From: an uncultured virus (IMG/VR IMGVR_UViG_3300027714_001912)
Taxonomy: Duplodnaviria; Heunggongvirae; Uroviricota; Caudoviricetes
Virus record (IMG/VR): IMGVR_UViG_3300027714_001912
Reading direction: 5' to 3' (one strand)
DNA length: 64,000 nucleotides
The notes below the pieces were generated by a model. That model saw only the letters and a program-made list of their open reading frames with translations, made no database searches and was not told the origin of the DNA. Below, piece after piece: positions 47,982 to 57,477 of the stretch. Both the position numbers and the translations under genes were made by a program. Position 1 is the first letter of the stretch. The number at the start of each line of letters is the position of its first letter.

Positions 47982-48434
47982 ATGTCAGATGAGAGCTTTA
48001 GTCACTTTGTAAAACAGTTAGAAAAAATGTCAAACGAAATAAAAACAAAACCTATAAAGATAAACGCTAAAGACAATGCTAAGTGGTGGTATAAGCTAAG
48101 CCTCGAAGACAAGCATCAAGCATTTTATGCAGTAGTTAGTACTATGCTAAAAGCAGAAACAACTTCCAGAAAGACATACAGAAACTCACTATACGAAGTT
48201 TTTAAGTTTGGCCCTGAGATGTATGATGCAGGAGTTCAATGTGGATACAAAGAACTTCATAAGATGTTAGAGAAAGATAAAACATTTGATGACGTAGACG
48301 AAATACGTATTCAAGACAGCAACGGAATTTTTAACCTAGACCTTAGTGTAAGTGAATTTAGCTTTACTAAAGAAGATAACGGTTATGGAAGTAAGACCCT
48401 AATATTGAAAATTAAGACAGATAAAGAGGAATAA
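47982..48434 (+). CDS. Hypothetical protein
   Basis: ORF downstream of the promoter. Confidence 0.7.
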   Translation: MSDESFSHFVKQLEKMSNEIKTKPIKINAKDNAKWWYKLSLEDKHQAFYAVVSTMLKAETTSRKTYRNSLYEVFKFGPEMYDAGVQCGYKELHKMLEKDKTFDDVDEIRIQDSNGIFNLDLSVSEFSFTKEDNGYGSKTLILKIKTDKEE

Positions 48435-48436
48435 GA

Positions 48437-49111
48437 ATGTCAGTCAAACTAGTATGCTATTCAAAAGCAACCAATCATTACAAAGAAGAAGGACTTGAAA
48501 ATTTACAAGATCTAATTGCATTTTGTGCAAAAGTTAGTAACCCATCAGCACAGATTAACCACGAAACAAGCGAGCGACTAATCAAGTATTTGATTAAACA
48601 TCAACATTGGTCACCTCTGGAAATGGTTAATGCTACACTAGAAATTAAAACTACACGTGATATTGCACACCAAATTGTACGACATCGTAGTTTTGCTTTC
48701 CAAGAGTTTAGCCAGCGTTATGCTGATCCAGAAGCACAAGGTGATATGTTTGAATACAGCGAAGCACGTTTGCAAGATCCAAAGAACAGGCAGAACAGTA
48801 TTGAAACTGATGATGTAGCATTACAGGTTTGGTGGGACTCACAACAAAAGTTTATTGCAGAAGCTGCAAAAGTTATCTATGACAATGCTATTGAAAAAGG
48901 TATTGCTAAAGAGCAAGCACGTAAAGTATTGCCAGAAGGACTTACTAAGACTACATTGTACATGCAAGGTAGTATCCGTAGTTGGGTACACTATATTGAA
49001 TTGCGTGGTAGTAATGGAACACAAAAAGAACACATGGAAATCGCAATGGCATGTGCTAAAGTAATCGCAGGTATATTTCCACTTGCAGGTGAGTTAACTA
49101 ATGAGAGTTAA
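48437..49111 (+). CDS. thyX: FAD-dependent thymidylate synthase
   Basis: HWSPLE, QIVRHRSFAFQEFSQRY, EQARKVLP, TQKEH. Confidence 0.96.
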   Translation: MSVKLVCYSKATNHYKEEGLENLQDLIAFCAKVSNPSAQINHETSERLIKYLIKHQHWSPLEMVNATLEIKTTRDIAHQIVRHRSFAFQEFSQRYADPEAQGDMFEYSEARLQDPKNRQNSIETDDVALQVWWDSQQKFIAEAAKVIYDNAIEKGIAKEQARKVLPEGLTKTTLYMQGSIRSWVHYIELRGSNGTQKEHMEIAMACAKVIAGIFPLAGELTNES

Positions 49112-49835
49112 TAAAAAGATTACAGCAGACTTAGCTAACTTTATTAAGATGCGTTACAATATTAGTGTAACAGACTATGCAGAAAAGTATCCTGAGATGT
49201 TTAAATCATTTATGCGTATGCAGTACTGGCTAGATGAAGCTACGCTAGCTAGGTATTTTGGTCCTAACGATAATGCAGAAGAAGAAGGAACCTATTGGGT
49301 TCAGCAGTTGAAATGGGACACACGCAGAACAGGCAAGGAGTTACTTGCTAAACTTACTAAGAGCAACCCAGCAAAGATTATTGATGTAGGTTGCGGTGAT
49401 AACGAATGGAAACAATACTTTGGCGACAAGCTAATTGGCATTGATCCTTTCAACGAAAATGCTGATTTTATAATTGGTGTAAATGAATATGCACCCGAAC
49501 ACTTAAACAAGTATGATGTTGCACTAGCATTAGGTAGCATTAACTTTGGCGATCAAACAGAAATTGAACGTCAAATTGGTAATGTAGTGCATATGGTTAA
49601 GCCGGGTGGAAAGATATACTGGCGTATGAATCCTGGCATTACACATGATAACCCACAAGCACAATGGGTTGACTTCTTTCCTTGGTCAGAGGAATATATT
49701 AAAGACATTGCTAGCAGATGTAATTGTATAGTAAACGAAATATCATGGGATCATACCGAAGTAGATGTAGACGTCAGATGGGGAAACCGCTTGTATAGCG
49801 AGTGGACTTTAGACGACAAATACAACACAGTCTAA
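49101..49835 (+). CDS. Class I SAM-dependent methyltransferase
   Basis: IIDVGCG, GIDP, LGSINFG, RMNPG; paralogue of 7258. Confidence 0.8.
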   Translation: MRVNKKITADLANFIKMRYNISVTDYAEKYPEMFKSFMRMQYWLDEATLARYFGPNDNAEEEGTYWVQQLKWDTRRTGKELLAKLTKSNPAKIIDVGCGDNEWKQYFGDKLIGIDPFNENADFIIGVNEYAPEHLNKYDVALALGSINFGDQTEIERQIGNVVHMVKPGGKIYWRMNPGITHDNPQAQWVDFFPWSEEYIKDIASRCNCIVNEISWDHTEVDVDVRWGNRLYSEWTLDDKYNTV

Positions 49836-49838
49836 TAG

Positions 49839-49845
49839 ATAAATA
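49839..49845 (+). promoter_or_regulatory. T4-late-like box
   Basis: GATAAATA upstream of the HtrA gene. Confidence 0.5.
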
Positions 49846-49903
49846 CATATAGGGTCGGCCCTCAAATAATGAGTTAAAAGATACCTATAAGGAAGAGAAA
49901 TCT

Positions 49904-51214
49904 ATGCATTTAGACAACGGTATCATTAAAGATTCAATTACGATAATTAAAAAAGCAACTAACTCAACATACAATTTCTTTTGTATCCCACGAGTAAAAA
50001 CGATTGCTATAATAACATTCGCAGTACTATTAAGCACAACAATTAATTCGTATATGCGACCAATCCAACAAAAACTACACGATGGAATCAATTTCGTTTA
50101 TGAATATAACGAACCAATCGGTGAAGCAATATACGAAGTTAATGGGTTCTTATTTAATGGTAAGAGTTTTGATGCTGAACGTATTGCTAAACGTGTAATA
50201 TATGATTCGTATAGTTCAGTTGTAATAGTTACAGTAGCGTCTAAAGATAAAACAGCAAACAAAGGTATGGCTGGACGAGGCACTGGATTCTTTATTGAAG
50301 TAACAGATGACTACGCACTTATTGCTACCAACCATCACGTAGTAGATGGGCATATCAACGACAAAACATTTGAGATTTCAATTGGAACATCTACAGAAAT
50401 GTGGACTTATGATGTTGAACTTATTGGCTATGACCAAGTAGCAGATGTTGCAGTTCTAAAAATTCTTAAAAAAGACAACGAAGATTGGAAAGCACTTGAG
50501 TGGTCAACACAAGACTCTATTAGTGTAGGCGATCCTGTTGTAGTTATTGGACACGGTATGAGTATGCCTTGGACAAGTACACAAGGACATGTTGTTTACA
50601 AGGATAGATTTGGTGCAAGACCATATTCATTAATGCTACAAGTTGACGCAGTTATTAACCAGGGCAACAGTGGTGGACCAGTTATTGATACTAACGGCAA
50701 GGTTGTTGGTATAGCACAAAGCATTTACAGCCCAGGTAGAAAGATTCCAGGTTGGGATGGTATTGGAATGGCAGTACCTGTAAGACAAGCAAAGCGAGCA
50801 ATTGAATACATTATTAGTCCACTATATATCTCTAAAGGATTTGTACCTTATGCAGAGTTTCCTTTTATGCTAGGAACATTTACACTAGATGAAGTTAAAG
50901 ATGTTGCACGTGATGATAGAAGATTTGCATACATTAATTACCCAGAGATAAAAGAAGATGGAACACTTGTACCTAAAACAGTAGGTGAGAAGTCAGGATT
51001 CTTACAGGGCGATATTATAACAAAGATTAATGATATTGATGTATACTCAAGCTTCTATGTATTAAGAGAAACAATATATGCATTTCCAGGTGATATATGG
51101 ACTGTTACATTTACACGTGATGGCGAAGTAATGACTAAGGATATTGCACTAAGTGAAATGGACCATGATAAACTTGTTAAATCTTTAAAGCGTCGAGCTA
51201 CTGGTGGTAAGTGA
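49904..51214 (+). CDS. HtrA/DegP-like trypsin serine protease with a PDZ domain
   Basis: GTGF, TNHHV, DVAVLK, NQGNSGGP, GDIITKIND. Confidence 0.92.
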   Translation: MHLDNGIIKDSITIIKKATNSTYNFFCIPRVKTIAIITFAVLLSTTINSYMRPIQQKLHDGINFVYEYNEPIGEAIYEVNGFLFNGKSFDAERIAKRVIYDSYSSVVIVTVASKDKTANKGMAGRGTGFFIEVTDDYALIATNHHVVDGHINDKTFEISIGTSTEMWTYDVELIGYDQVADVAVLKILKKDNEDWKALEWSTQDSISVGDPVVVIGHGMSMPWTSTQGHVVYKDRFGARPYSLMLQVDAVINQGNSGGPVIDTNGKVVGIAQSIYSPGRKIPGWDGIGMAVPVRQAKRAIEYIISPLYISKGFVPYAEFPFMLGTFTLDEVKDVARDDRRFAYINYPEIKEDGTLVPKTVGEKSGFLQGDIITKINDIDVYSSFYVLRETIYAFPGDIWTVTFTRDGEVMTKDIALSEMDHDKLVKSLKRRATGGK

Positions 51215-51429
51215 AGCCTAAGACACACTACGATTTACTAACACACAGACATGCTCCTATCAAATGCTTTACTTGGTTCCCTAAACGTATGACAAGTGGC
51301 AAATTAGTGCTTGTTGGCACATATTACCAAGTAGTTACGAACATCAGAAGTGCAGATCCACGTCATTTGTGGATAGATAGCGAATTCTATACAGAAGCAG
51401 AGCTATTCCTTATAAAACTATCAAAATAA
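51211..51429 (+). CDS. Small hypothetical protein
   Basis: GTGA overlap; FTWFPKRMTSGK. Confidence 0.65.
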   Translation: MKPKTHYDLLTHRHAPIKCFTWFPKRMTSGKLVLVGTYYQVVTNIRSADPRHLWIDSEFYTEAELFLIKLSK

Positions 51430-51463
51430 ACCAAAATAAACCAAATTAATTGCAATTTACCGG

Positions 51464-51492
51464 TTGACAAGTAAGACGTCTTGCCGTATAAT
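51464..51492 (+). promoter_or_regulatory. Consensus sigma70 promoter with palindrome AAGACGTCTT
   Basis: TTGACA-17-TATAAT; preceded by CAAAATAAAC tandem A-tracts. Confidence 0.85.
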
Positions 51493-51527
51493 TAGTATAT
51501 AAGTTAAACAAAAGAAGGAAAGATAAA

Positions 51528-51707
51528 ATGATTAGATTAGTACTTGCGTTTTTATGTTTTATTTTAGCAGTTGGTTGCATTGACGGTCCTAGCGGATATG
51601 AGTCAGATTGGTGGGCTGGTTGTTTTGGATTTATGTTTACTGGTATTGCGTTGTTCCTATGGGCACTACGTGATGGAAAAGTAGCAGAACTTAACGAGAT
51701 TAAATAA
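51528..51707 (+). CDS. 59-aa two-TM membrane protein (not in the ORF track)
   Basis: MIRLVLAFLCFILAVGCIDG...GIALFLWAL; AAGGA RBS. Confidence 0.75.
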   Translation: MIRLVLAFLCFILAVGCIDGPSGYESDWWAGCFGFMFTGIALFLWALRDGKVAELNEIK

Positions 51708-51710
51708 AGG

Positions 51711-51739
51711 TTGACAAGTAAGGCTTCTTGCCTTACAAT
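51711..51739 (+). promoter_or_regulatory. Sigma70-type promoter, degenerate copy of the one at 51464
   Basis: GGTTGACAAGTAAGgcttCTTGCC-TACAAT. Confidence 0.75.
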
Positions 51740-51795
51740 AGTATTATATGCCAAAAAAGAAAACTATTTCAAACTTTGAAGAAGGAAAAAAAGAT

Positions 51796-52920
51796 ATGAA
51801 AACTGCAGCATCAGAATCGCGTACTGTGAAAATTAGTGAAGCTACTACACTTATTACACGTGCATTTAAAAAGAAGCGTCCTGTGTTTTTGTGGGGTCCT
51901 CCAGGAATTGGTAAATCCGAACTAGTGCAAACTATTGGTGACAGTGGTGCTCTTGGCAATACACTTGTTATTGATATGCGTCTTGCATTATTTGAGCCAA
52001 CTGACTTACGTGGGTATCCTGTACCTAATATGGAAACAGGTGTTATGCAATGGCTTCCGCCAGCAGACTTGCCAAGCAAGGAACTAGCGGCAAAGTACGA
52101 TACAGTAATTGTATTCCTAGACGAGATGAACTCAGCGGCACCAAGTGTGCAGGCAGCGGGTTATCAATTAATTTTAAATCGACGTATTGGACAGTATGTA
52201 CTTCCAGATAACGTTGTAATGATTGCCGCAGGTAATCGTGAGACAGACAAAGGTGTTACTTATCGTATGCCTAAGCCACTTGAGAATCGTTTTGTACACT
52301 TTGAATTACGTGTAGATTTCCAAGATTGGTTAAACTGGGCAGTACACAATAACGTTGACGCAGACGTAGTTGGTTACTTGTCATTTGCTAAAGGCGATCT
52401 TTATAACTTTGATCCACAATCAAGTTCACGTGGATTTGCTACGCCTCGAGCTTGGACGTTTACATCAGAACTTATTGATGATGCAGATGATCTAAGTGAT
52501 TCATTACAGACTGACTTAGTTGCAGGTTGTGTTGGAGAAGGTATTGCTGTTAAGTTTATGGCACACCGTAAGATTGCAGGCGACCTTCCTATTCCAGAAG
52601 ATGTACTTGATGGTAAGGTTAAAACTATCAAAACTAACGAAGTGTCAGCAATGTATGCAATGGCAACTAGCTTGTGTTATGAGCTACGTGATCGACATAT
52701 TGCTGGTGAGAAAGCTGGTGCAGATTCTAAAGAGATGGAAAAGTATCACAAGAGCTTCTCAAACTTTATTGGGTTTATGATGGACACAATGGAAACTGAG
52801 ATGGTTGTTATGGCATCCAGGATTGCAATGCAACAGTATAAGCTAGTACCTAAGCAAAAGAAAATTGAACGCTTTGATGAATATTTTGGACGTTATGGTC
52901 GACTCGTACTTGACGCCTAA
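51796..52920 (+). CDS. MoxR/CbbQ-like AAA+ ATPase
   Basis: GPPGIGKS, FLDEMN, AAGNR, NRF, TPRAW; ATG 51796 after GAAGG. Confidence 0.92.
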   Translation: MKTAASESRTVKISEATTLITRAFKKKRPVFLWGPPGIGKSELVQTIGDSGALGNTLVIDMRLALFEPTDLRGYPVPNMETGVMQWLPPADLPSKELAAKYDTVIVFLDEMNSAAPSVQAAGYQLILNRRIGQYVLPDNVVMIAAGNRETDKGVTYRMPKPLENRFVHFELRVDFQDWLNWAVHNNVDADVVGYLSFAKGDLYNFDPQSSSRGFATPRAWTFTSELIDDADDLSDSLQTDLVAGCVGEGIAVKFMAHRKIAGDLPIPEDVLDGKVKTIKTNEVSAMYAMATSLCYELRDRHIAGEKAGADSKEMEKYHKSFSNFIGFMMDTMETEMVVMASRIAMQQYKLVPKQKKIERFDEYFGRYGRLVLDA

Positions 52921-53236
52921 GTTGGAAGAGGGGGAGACAGTTAATCTCTCCCTTTACAATCCACGCCAAAGGACTAACATTCGATTGTATGGACTTAAAT
53001 GCAAAGATTGGACCCCTTTAGATATATTTGATTACAAGCACAAATGGTTAGCAGAGGAACATGAGGAACTACGCATTGACCCAGATAGACTTACACAAGC
53101 CGCTAAATGGTGTAAAACAAATCTCTTCCACCAAGACTTTACTATTAACAAATTTGCTTCACCAGACGACAGTCATATGATTTTGTTTAAAAACAGTGCA
53201 GAAGCTATGCTATTTAGACTCAGTATTAATGGTTGA
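52895..53236 (+). CDS. Hypothetical protein, paralogue family
   Basis: KWCK...ILFKNSAEAMLFRL; start uncertain. Confidence 0.6.
   Translation: MVDSYLTPKLEEGETVNLSLYNPRQRTNIRLYGLKCKDWTPLDIFDYKHKWLAEEHEELRIDPDRLTQAAKWCKTNLFHQDFTINKFASPDDSHMILFKNSAEAMLFRLSING
52929..52955 (+). terminator. Possible weak terminator hairpin after the ATPase
   Basis: AGGGGGAGA/TCTCTCCCT stem with a short T tail; overlaps the next ORF. Confidence 0.35.
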
Positions 53237-53261
53237 CAATAGGTATTGTTTATCGTATAAT
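53233..53261 (+). promoter_or_regulatory. Consensus sigma70 promoter overlapping a TGA stop
   Basis: GGTTGACA-17-TATAAT. Confidence 0.8.
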
Positions 53262-53294
53262 GTATATAATAGTTAGAAATTAGGAGTTTTATTA

Positions 53295-54473
53295 ATGTTA
53301 AAAACTGCAGAAGAAAGAATTACACAGTCTAGAGTTAGACTTTTACTAACAAAACCTTTCTTTGGTCAACTAGCTGTACGTTTAAAACTAGAAGATGCAA
53401 GTGACTGGATCCCTACTGCCGCAACAGACGGTCGTAGATTTATGTTTAACAGAGGTTTTGTAGATAGTCTTACAGATGAGATGCTAGACTTTCTAGTTGG
53501 ACATGAAGTATTACATTGTGTATTTGATCACATGGAATCTAGAGGCGAACGAGATGCACAGCTATATAATGCTGCCGCAGACTATAACATTAACATGACA
53601 TTAGTAGAGCAGAATATTGGAGCTCCAATTACAGAAGATAAACTAGGCGGCGGAAAGATATGCTTAGATTGGAAATACACTGGTTGGAATAGCTATGAGA
53701 TATATGATGACTTGAAGGCGAATAACGAAGATGCTAAAGGCATGGACGTTCACTTAGAAGATGGCGTAGATGGAGAAGGCAACGCAGTTGCAGATCCTAA
53801 TGCAGGAAGCCCAATGTCAGAAGAAGAAAAGAAGCAACTCTCAGATGAGATTAAGCAAGCTACAATACAAGCGGCACAGAGTGCAGGACAAGGTGTTCCA
53901 GATGCTGTTAAACGTTTAATCAATGAGCTTATTGCTCCTAAGATGGACTGGCGTGATGTGCTAGCTACTAACATTGAAAGTTCAATTAAAGCAGACTTTA
54001 CATTTATGCGTCCTAGTAAGCGTTCAGGAGAAGTTATATTTCCAGGCATGGACAGAGACGAATGTTTAGACATTGCAGTTGGACTTGATACATCAGGTAG
54101 TATTAGTCAAGTTATGTTACGTGACTTCCTAAGTGAAGTACAAGGCATTATGGATCAATACGCTCAGTACAAAGTACACATTTTCCAATTTGATACAGGT
54201 GTGTATGGTGCAGAAGAATTTACAAGTGATGATGGTCGTACAATGCAAGACTATGAATTAAAAGGTGGCGGTGGAACAGACTTTGATGTTATCTTTAATT
54301 ACTTAGAGCAGTATGATATTGATCCGGACCAGTTGGTTATATTCACAGATGGATATCCATGGGGTTCATGGGGCAACCCAGACTACTGTGATACATTATT
54401 TTGTATCCACAGCGACAAACAAAAACGTATAGAAGCGCCATTTGGTGTAACAGTACACTATGAGGCAGCATAA
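53295..54473 (+). CDS. HExxH metallopeptidase-like plus VWA domain protein (DUF2201-type)
   Basis: TAATDG, HEVLH, DTSGS, GGGGTDF, FTDG. Confidence 0.9.
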   Translation: MLKTAEERITQSRVRLLLTKPFFGQLAVRLKLEDASDWIPTAATDGRRFMFNRGFVDSLTDEMLDFLVGHEVLHCVFDHMESRGERDAQLYNAAADYNINMTLVEQNIGAPITEDKLGGGKICLDWKYTGWNSYEIYDDLKANNEDAKGMDVHLEDGVDGEGNAVADPNAGSPMSEEEKKQLSDEIKQATIQAAQSAGQGVPDAVKRLINELIAPKMDWRDVLATNIESSIKADFTFMRPSKRSGEVIFPGMDRDECLDIAVGLDTSGSISQVMLRDFLSEVQGIMDQYAQYKVHIFQFDTGVYGAEEFTSDDGRTMQDYELKGGGGTDFDVIFNYLEQYDIDPDQLVIFTDGYPWGSWGNPDYCDTLFCIHSDKQKRIEAPFGVTVHYEAA

Positions 54474-54789
54474 TATGGAAACAAAAACTAAAAATAAAAT
54501 TCGTGTAGTAAACAATGGCGGAAGCCTAAGTGAAACAGACCTGACGTTAATCGCAGGAACAGATTTAGTAATGCAGATGATGCGTAATCGCATTGTCGTT
54601 GTTACTAATAACAATGATATAGACTGGACAACCCTTATGGATGATATTCCAGGCTTGTATCATATTAGACCTTTAGATAAGTCTAAGCAAATATACCAGT
54701 TATGGTTTGAGTTTCAGTCTGACATAGACCAATTCAATAAAAACTTATATGTCAGTAAATTAAGCAACACTGCCCACGAAGCGGCATAA
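54460..54789 (+). CDS. Hypothetical protein
   Basis: Coupled ORF; LWFEFQSD. Confidence 0.65.
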   Translation: MRQHNMETKTKNKIRVVNNGGSLSETDLTLIAGTDLVMQMMRNRIVVVTNNNDIDWTTLMDDIPGLYHIRPLDKSKQIYQLWFEFQSDIDQFNKNLYVSKLSNTAHEAA

Positions 54790-54792
54790 ATA
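54786..54792 (+). promoter_or_regulatory. T4-late-like box
   Basis: GCATAAATA upstream of 54833. Confidence 0.5.
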
Positions 54793-54832
54793 AACATAGT
54801 AGTTAATTAAATCTACATAGGAGAATAATACA

Positions 54833-55066
54833 ATGAGTGAAGAAAATAATACCCCAATAGAAGGCGATGTTCAATTATCAATCCAAGACATCGTTCTTGC
54901 GGCAAACATTATTGACCTTGGTATGCAACGTGGCGCTTATAAAGCGGCTGAAGCTACACAAGTAGGAAAATGTTTTGAGAAACTGGTAACGTTTATCAAA
55001 GCTAACACGCCGGACACGGCAACAACAGAAGCACCAGCTGAAGAAGCTGAGGCTCCAAAGGAGTAA
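54833..55066 (+). CDS. Hypothetical phage protein
   Basis: AGGAG RBS; IID...RGAYKA.E. Confidence 0.8.
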   Translation: MSEENNTPIEGDVQLSIQDIVLAANIIDLGMQRGAYKAAEATQVGKCFEKLVTFIKANTPDTATTEAPAEEAEAPKE

Positions 55067-55068
55067 AT

Positions 55069-55782
55069 ATGAGAAATACAAAACACGTTGGTAAACTGTC
55101 CAACACAGGAAAGCGTATCGTAGTAGTTTTTAGAGAGCTACCCGATGATGCAAACAGTTGTTTAGTAGTTGATACAGATGCACTTCCAGATTGGATGCAA
55201 GATAATGTATTAAATGCAGTAGATAGCCCAGGTGCTCAAGCATCTGCTAACTTCTACGAGTATGCAGAACGTACGGTTCTCACAGACGGCAGTAACATGT
55301 TGCAAACTTTGCACAAGACTGGACGTTTAATGAAGCAACCAACTTCTAACGTAATGATGACACCTAATAACGATGTAGCTGTAGGGCTTGCCGAGATTAA
55401 TGAGTTAGTACGTAAAGAAGGTGGACCAGCTGTAGTGATTCCAGATGAAACAGAAGCGGTGCTTCCTGGGAAGGATACAGTTGATTTAATGACACCAGCT
55501 GAACGTAGAGTTGCAATTAATGAAGGACGTTTGGACCCGACTATGGATCCTAACTACACTGCTCCTAAAGGTGCACCTGCATTACAGGCCAGTGGTGATG
55601 AGATGCTTGACGATACTGCTATGGCAAAGAACTTGCTAGCACAAGCTAAAGGCTTTGAAGAAGAAGCTAAAAGTTTGAAAGCACAGGCTTATGATATGGT
55701 ACCAGGTTTAAAGCCAGGTCCAAAAAAGCCAGTCAAGGCAACGGCAACTAAAGCTGATGCAAAAGATACTGTAAAAGTATAA
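55069..55782 (+). CDS. Hypothetical phage protein
   Basis: KHVG...VVFRELP; ORF within the operon. Confidence 0.8.
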   Translation: MRNTKHVGKLSNTGKRIVVVFRELPDDANSCLVVDTDALPDWMQDNVLNAVDSPGAQASANFYEYAERTVLTDGSNMLQTLHKTGRLMKQPTSNVMMTPNNDVAVGLAEINELVRKEGGPAVVIPDETEAVLPGKDTVDLMTPAERRVAINEGRLDPTMDPNYTAPKGAPALQASGDEMLDDTAMAKNLLAQAKGFEEEAKSLKAQAYDMVPGLKPGPKKPVKATATKADAKDTVKV

Positions 55783-55804
55783 TTCATCTTTAAGGACGAC
55801 AACA

Positions 55805-56098
55805 ATGGCGATTGAACGGAAAGACAGATCCTTCGATCTGATCTTTGACCAGGTATCTATGGATCATGTTCCTGCTGAATATATCAGAGAAATTATGGTT
55901 GACTTAGGTACTGGTGAAAGAATAACACTAACTAAAGATGACTTGTTGCTGATTAAGAACAAATCAGCTGATGACATTATATCTGCATTAAGTGTAGATA
56001 ACATGTCTAATATTAGTTTGAAGCTAGACTATGAAGCAATTAAGTCAGATGTGTTACGTGGAGTAACAGGCTTCTTAGGAAAGCATTTTGACGAATAG
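55805..56098 (+). CDS. Hypothetical protein
   Basis: AAGGA RBS. Confidence 0.75.
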   Translation: MAIERKDRSFDLIFDQVSMDHVPAEYIREIMVDLGTGERITLTKDDLLLIKNKSADDIISALSVDNMSNISLKLDYEAIKSDVLRGVTGFLGKHFDE

Positions 56099-56777
56099 TA
56101 ACAATATTTGGATGTGTGGCATCCCCGGTAGTAGATGGAGCGGAATTGATATACAGATCCGCTCCGTGCTATCGTGCGATCGTTCAGATGAAACACGAGC
56201 TAGAACCTTTTACCATAGAGCATATAACCCCTCGGACAGCAATAACGGACATCGTGGCTCTTATTGGGGACCCGGTATGGGCTGTGGAGAGGACTGGACT
56301 GATTTCAATCATTTAACAAAAGATAAGATTGAGACTGATATACATAACGTTTTTAACGGAGATGGATATCGAGTTATAAAGAACCATTTCTTAGCTCGTC
56401 ACTTTAATTTAGATTACATTTGGAATAACTTTCCAGGTGATAAAATAGTACTCATTTATAGAGAACCTCAAAAGAGTTTTGCATGGTGGAGTGAAGTAAT
56501 GGATTTTAGTGATCATCACTACCCAAACTACACGCCAGGATACACAGACTACAACACTATGCGTGAGCTACTTTGGAAAGAGAGTGCAAAAATTACAGAC
56601 TTTGCACTACAAAAAGGAATACAGTTTAAACCATACAATGTATCAGAATTTAAACATTGGAATGGATACGATATTGATATAGCTTCGGAGTATGAGATGA
56701 TAAATATTACTAAGCACAATGATGTATATATTGCATCAGTAACAATACCGGAAAAACTAAATGCAGTCCCCCTTTAA
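56088..56777 (+). CDS. P-loop sulfotransferase-like protein
   Basis: CGIPGSRWSG, IKNH, VLIYR; start uncertain. Confidence 0.55.
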   Translation: MTNSNNIWMCGIPGSRWSGIDIQIRSVLSCDRSDETRARTFYHRAYNPSDSNNGHRGSYWGPGMGCGEDWTDFNHLTKDKIETDIHNVFNGDGYRVIKNHFLARHFNLDYIWNNFPGDKIVLIYREPQKSFAWWSEVMDFSDHHYPNYTPGYTDYNTMRELLWKESAKITDFALQKGIQFKPYNVSEFKHWNGYDIDIASEYEMINITKHNDVYIASVTIPEKLNAVPL

Positions 56778-57465
56778 AACACCATACCATTTTGATAAGT
56801 TTAAAACTGATCACGAAGGCGAATATTCTAAGAGTATTGGCGTGTTTCAAGGTGATTGGGCTGATGAGATTGTGCATGCAAGAAGCAAGGCTATGGACGA
56901 ACAGAAATACAATACACAACGATACGAACATGCTGCCAATGCTAAGAGCGAGAATCATACAGAAGAAGATAAAGAAAACACAGATGGTAAGCCTTCTGCA
57001 ATGATGTTCCGCAAGATAAATTTTGATAAATACCCAGGAGAATTTCCACTATTCCAAAAGATAGTGGAGCATCTAAAGTTTGATACAAGTAAGAAACTGA
57101 CATGTAAATTTAATGATCAATATCCAAATGATCAGCTTATGTGGCACATAGACAACTTGCCCGGTAACCCACGTAAGGAACGTGTAATTGACAATCCAGA
57201 GTTTAACTACGCTAATGACAATAAGATACGTTTTTTAATTACGATGGAAGATTGGGAACCAGGACAGATAATACAGTTTGGTAACAGAATATATACTCAA
57301 TGGAAAGCAGGTACTGCTTTTACTTGGGAATGGAGTACGCTACCACACTTAACATGGAACGGCAGTTGGACCAAACGTCCATGTCTACAACTAACAGGAA
57401 CTGCAACGCCAGATACATGGAATATTGTAAATGAAGGCAATGCAGAAACAACCTATAAAATTTAA
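56761..57465 (+). CDS. Fe(II)/2-oxoglutarate oxygenase-like protein
   Basis: WHID...WEPGQ...WKAG...PHLTWN....RPCLQLTG. Confidence 0.75.
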   Translation: MQSPFKTPYHFDKFKTDHEGEYSKSIGVFQGDWADEIVHARSKAMDEQKYNTQRYEHAANAKSENHTEEDKENTDGKPSAMMFRKINFDKYPGEFPLFQKIVEHLKFDTSKKLTCKFNDQYPNDQLMWHIDNLPGNPRKERVIDNPEFNYANDNKIRFLITMEDWEPGQIIQFGNRIYTQWKAGTAFTWEWSTLPHLTWNGSWTKRPCLQLTGTATPDTWNIVNEGNAETTYKI

Positions 57466-57477
57466 AGGATAATAATT

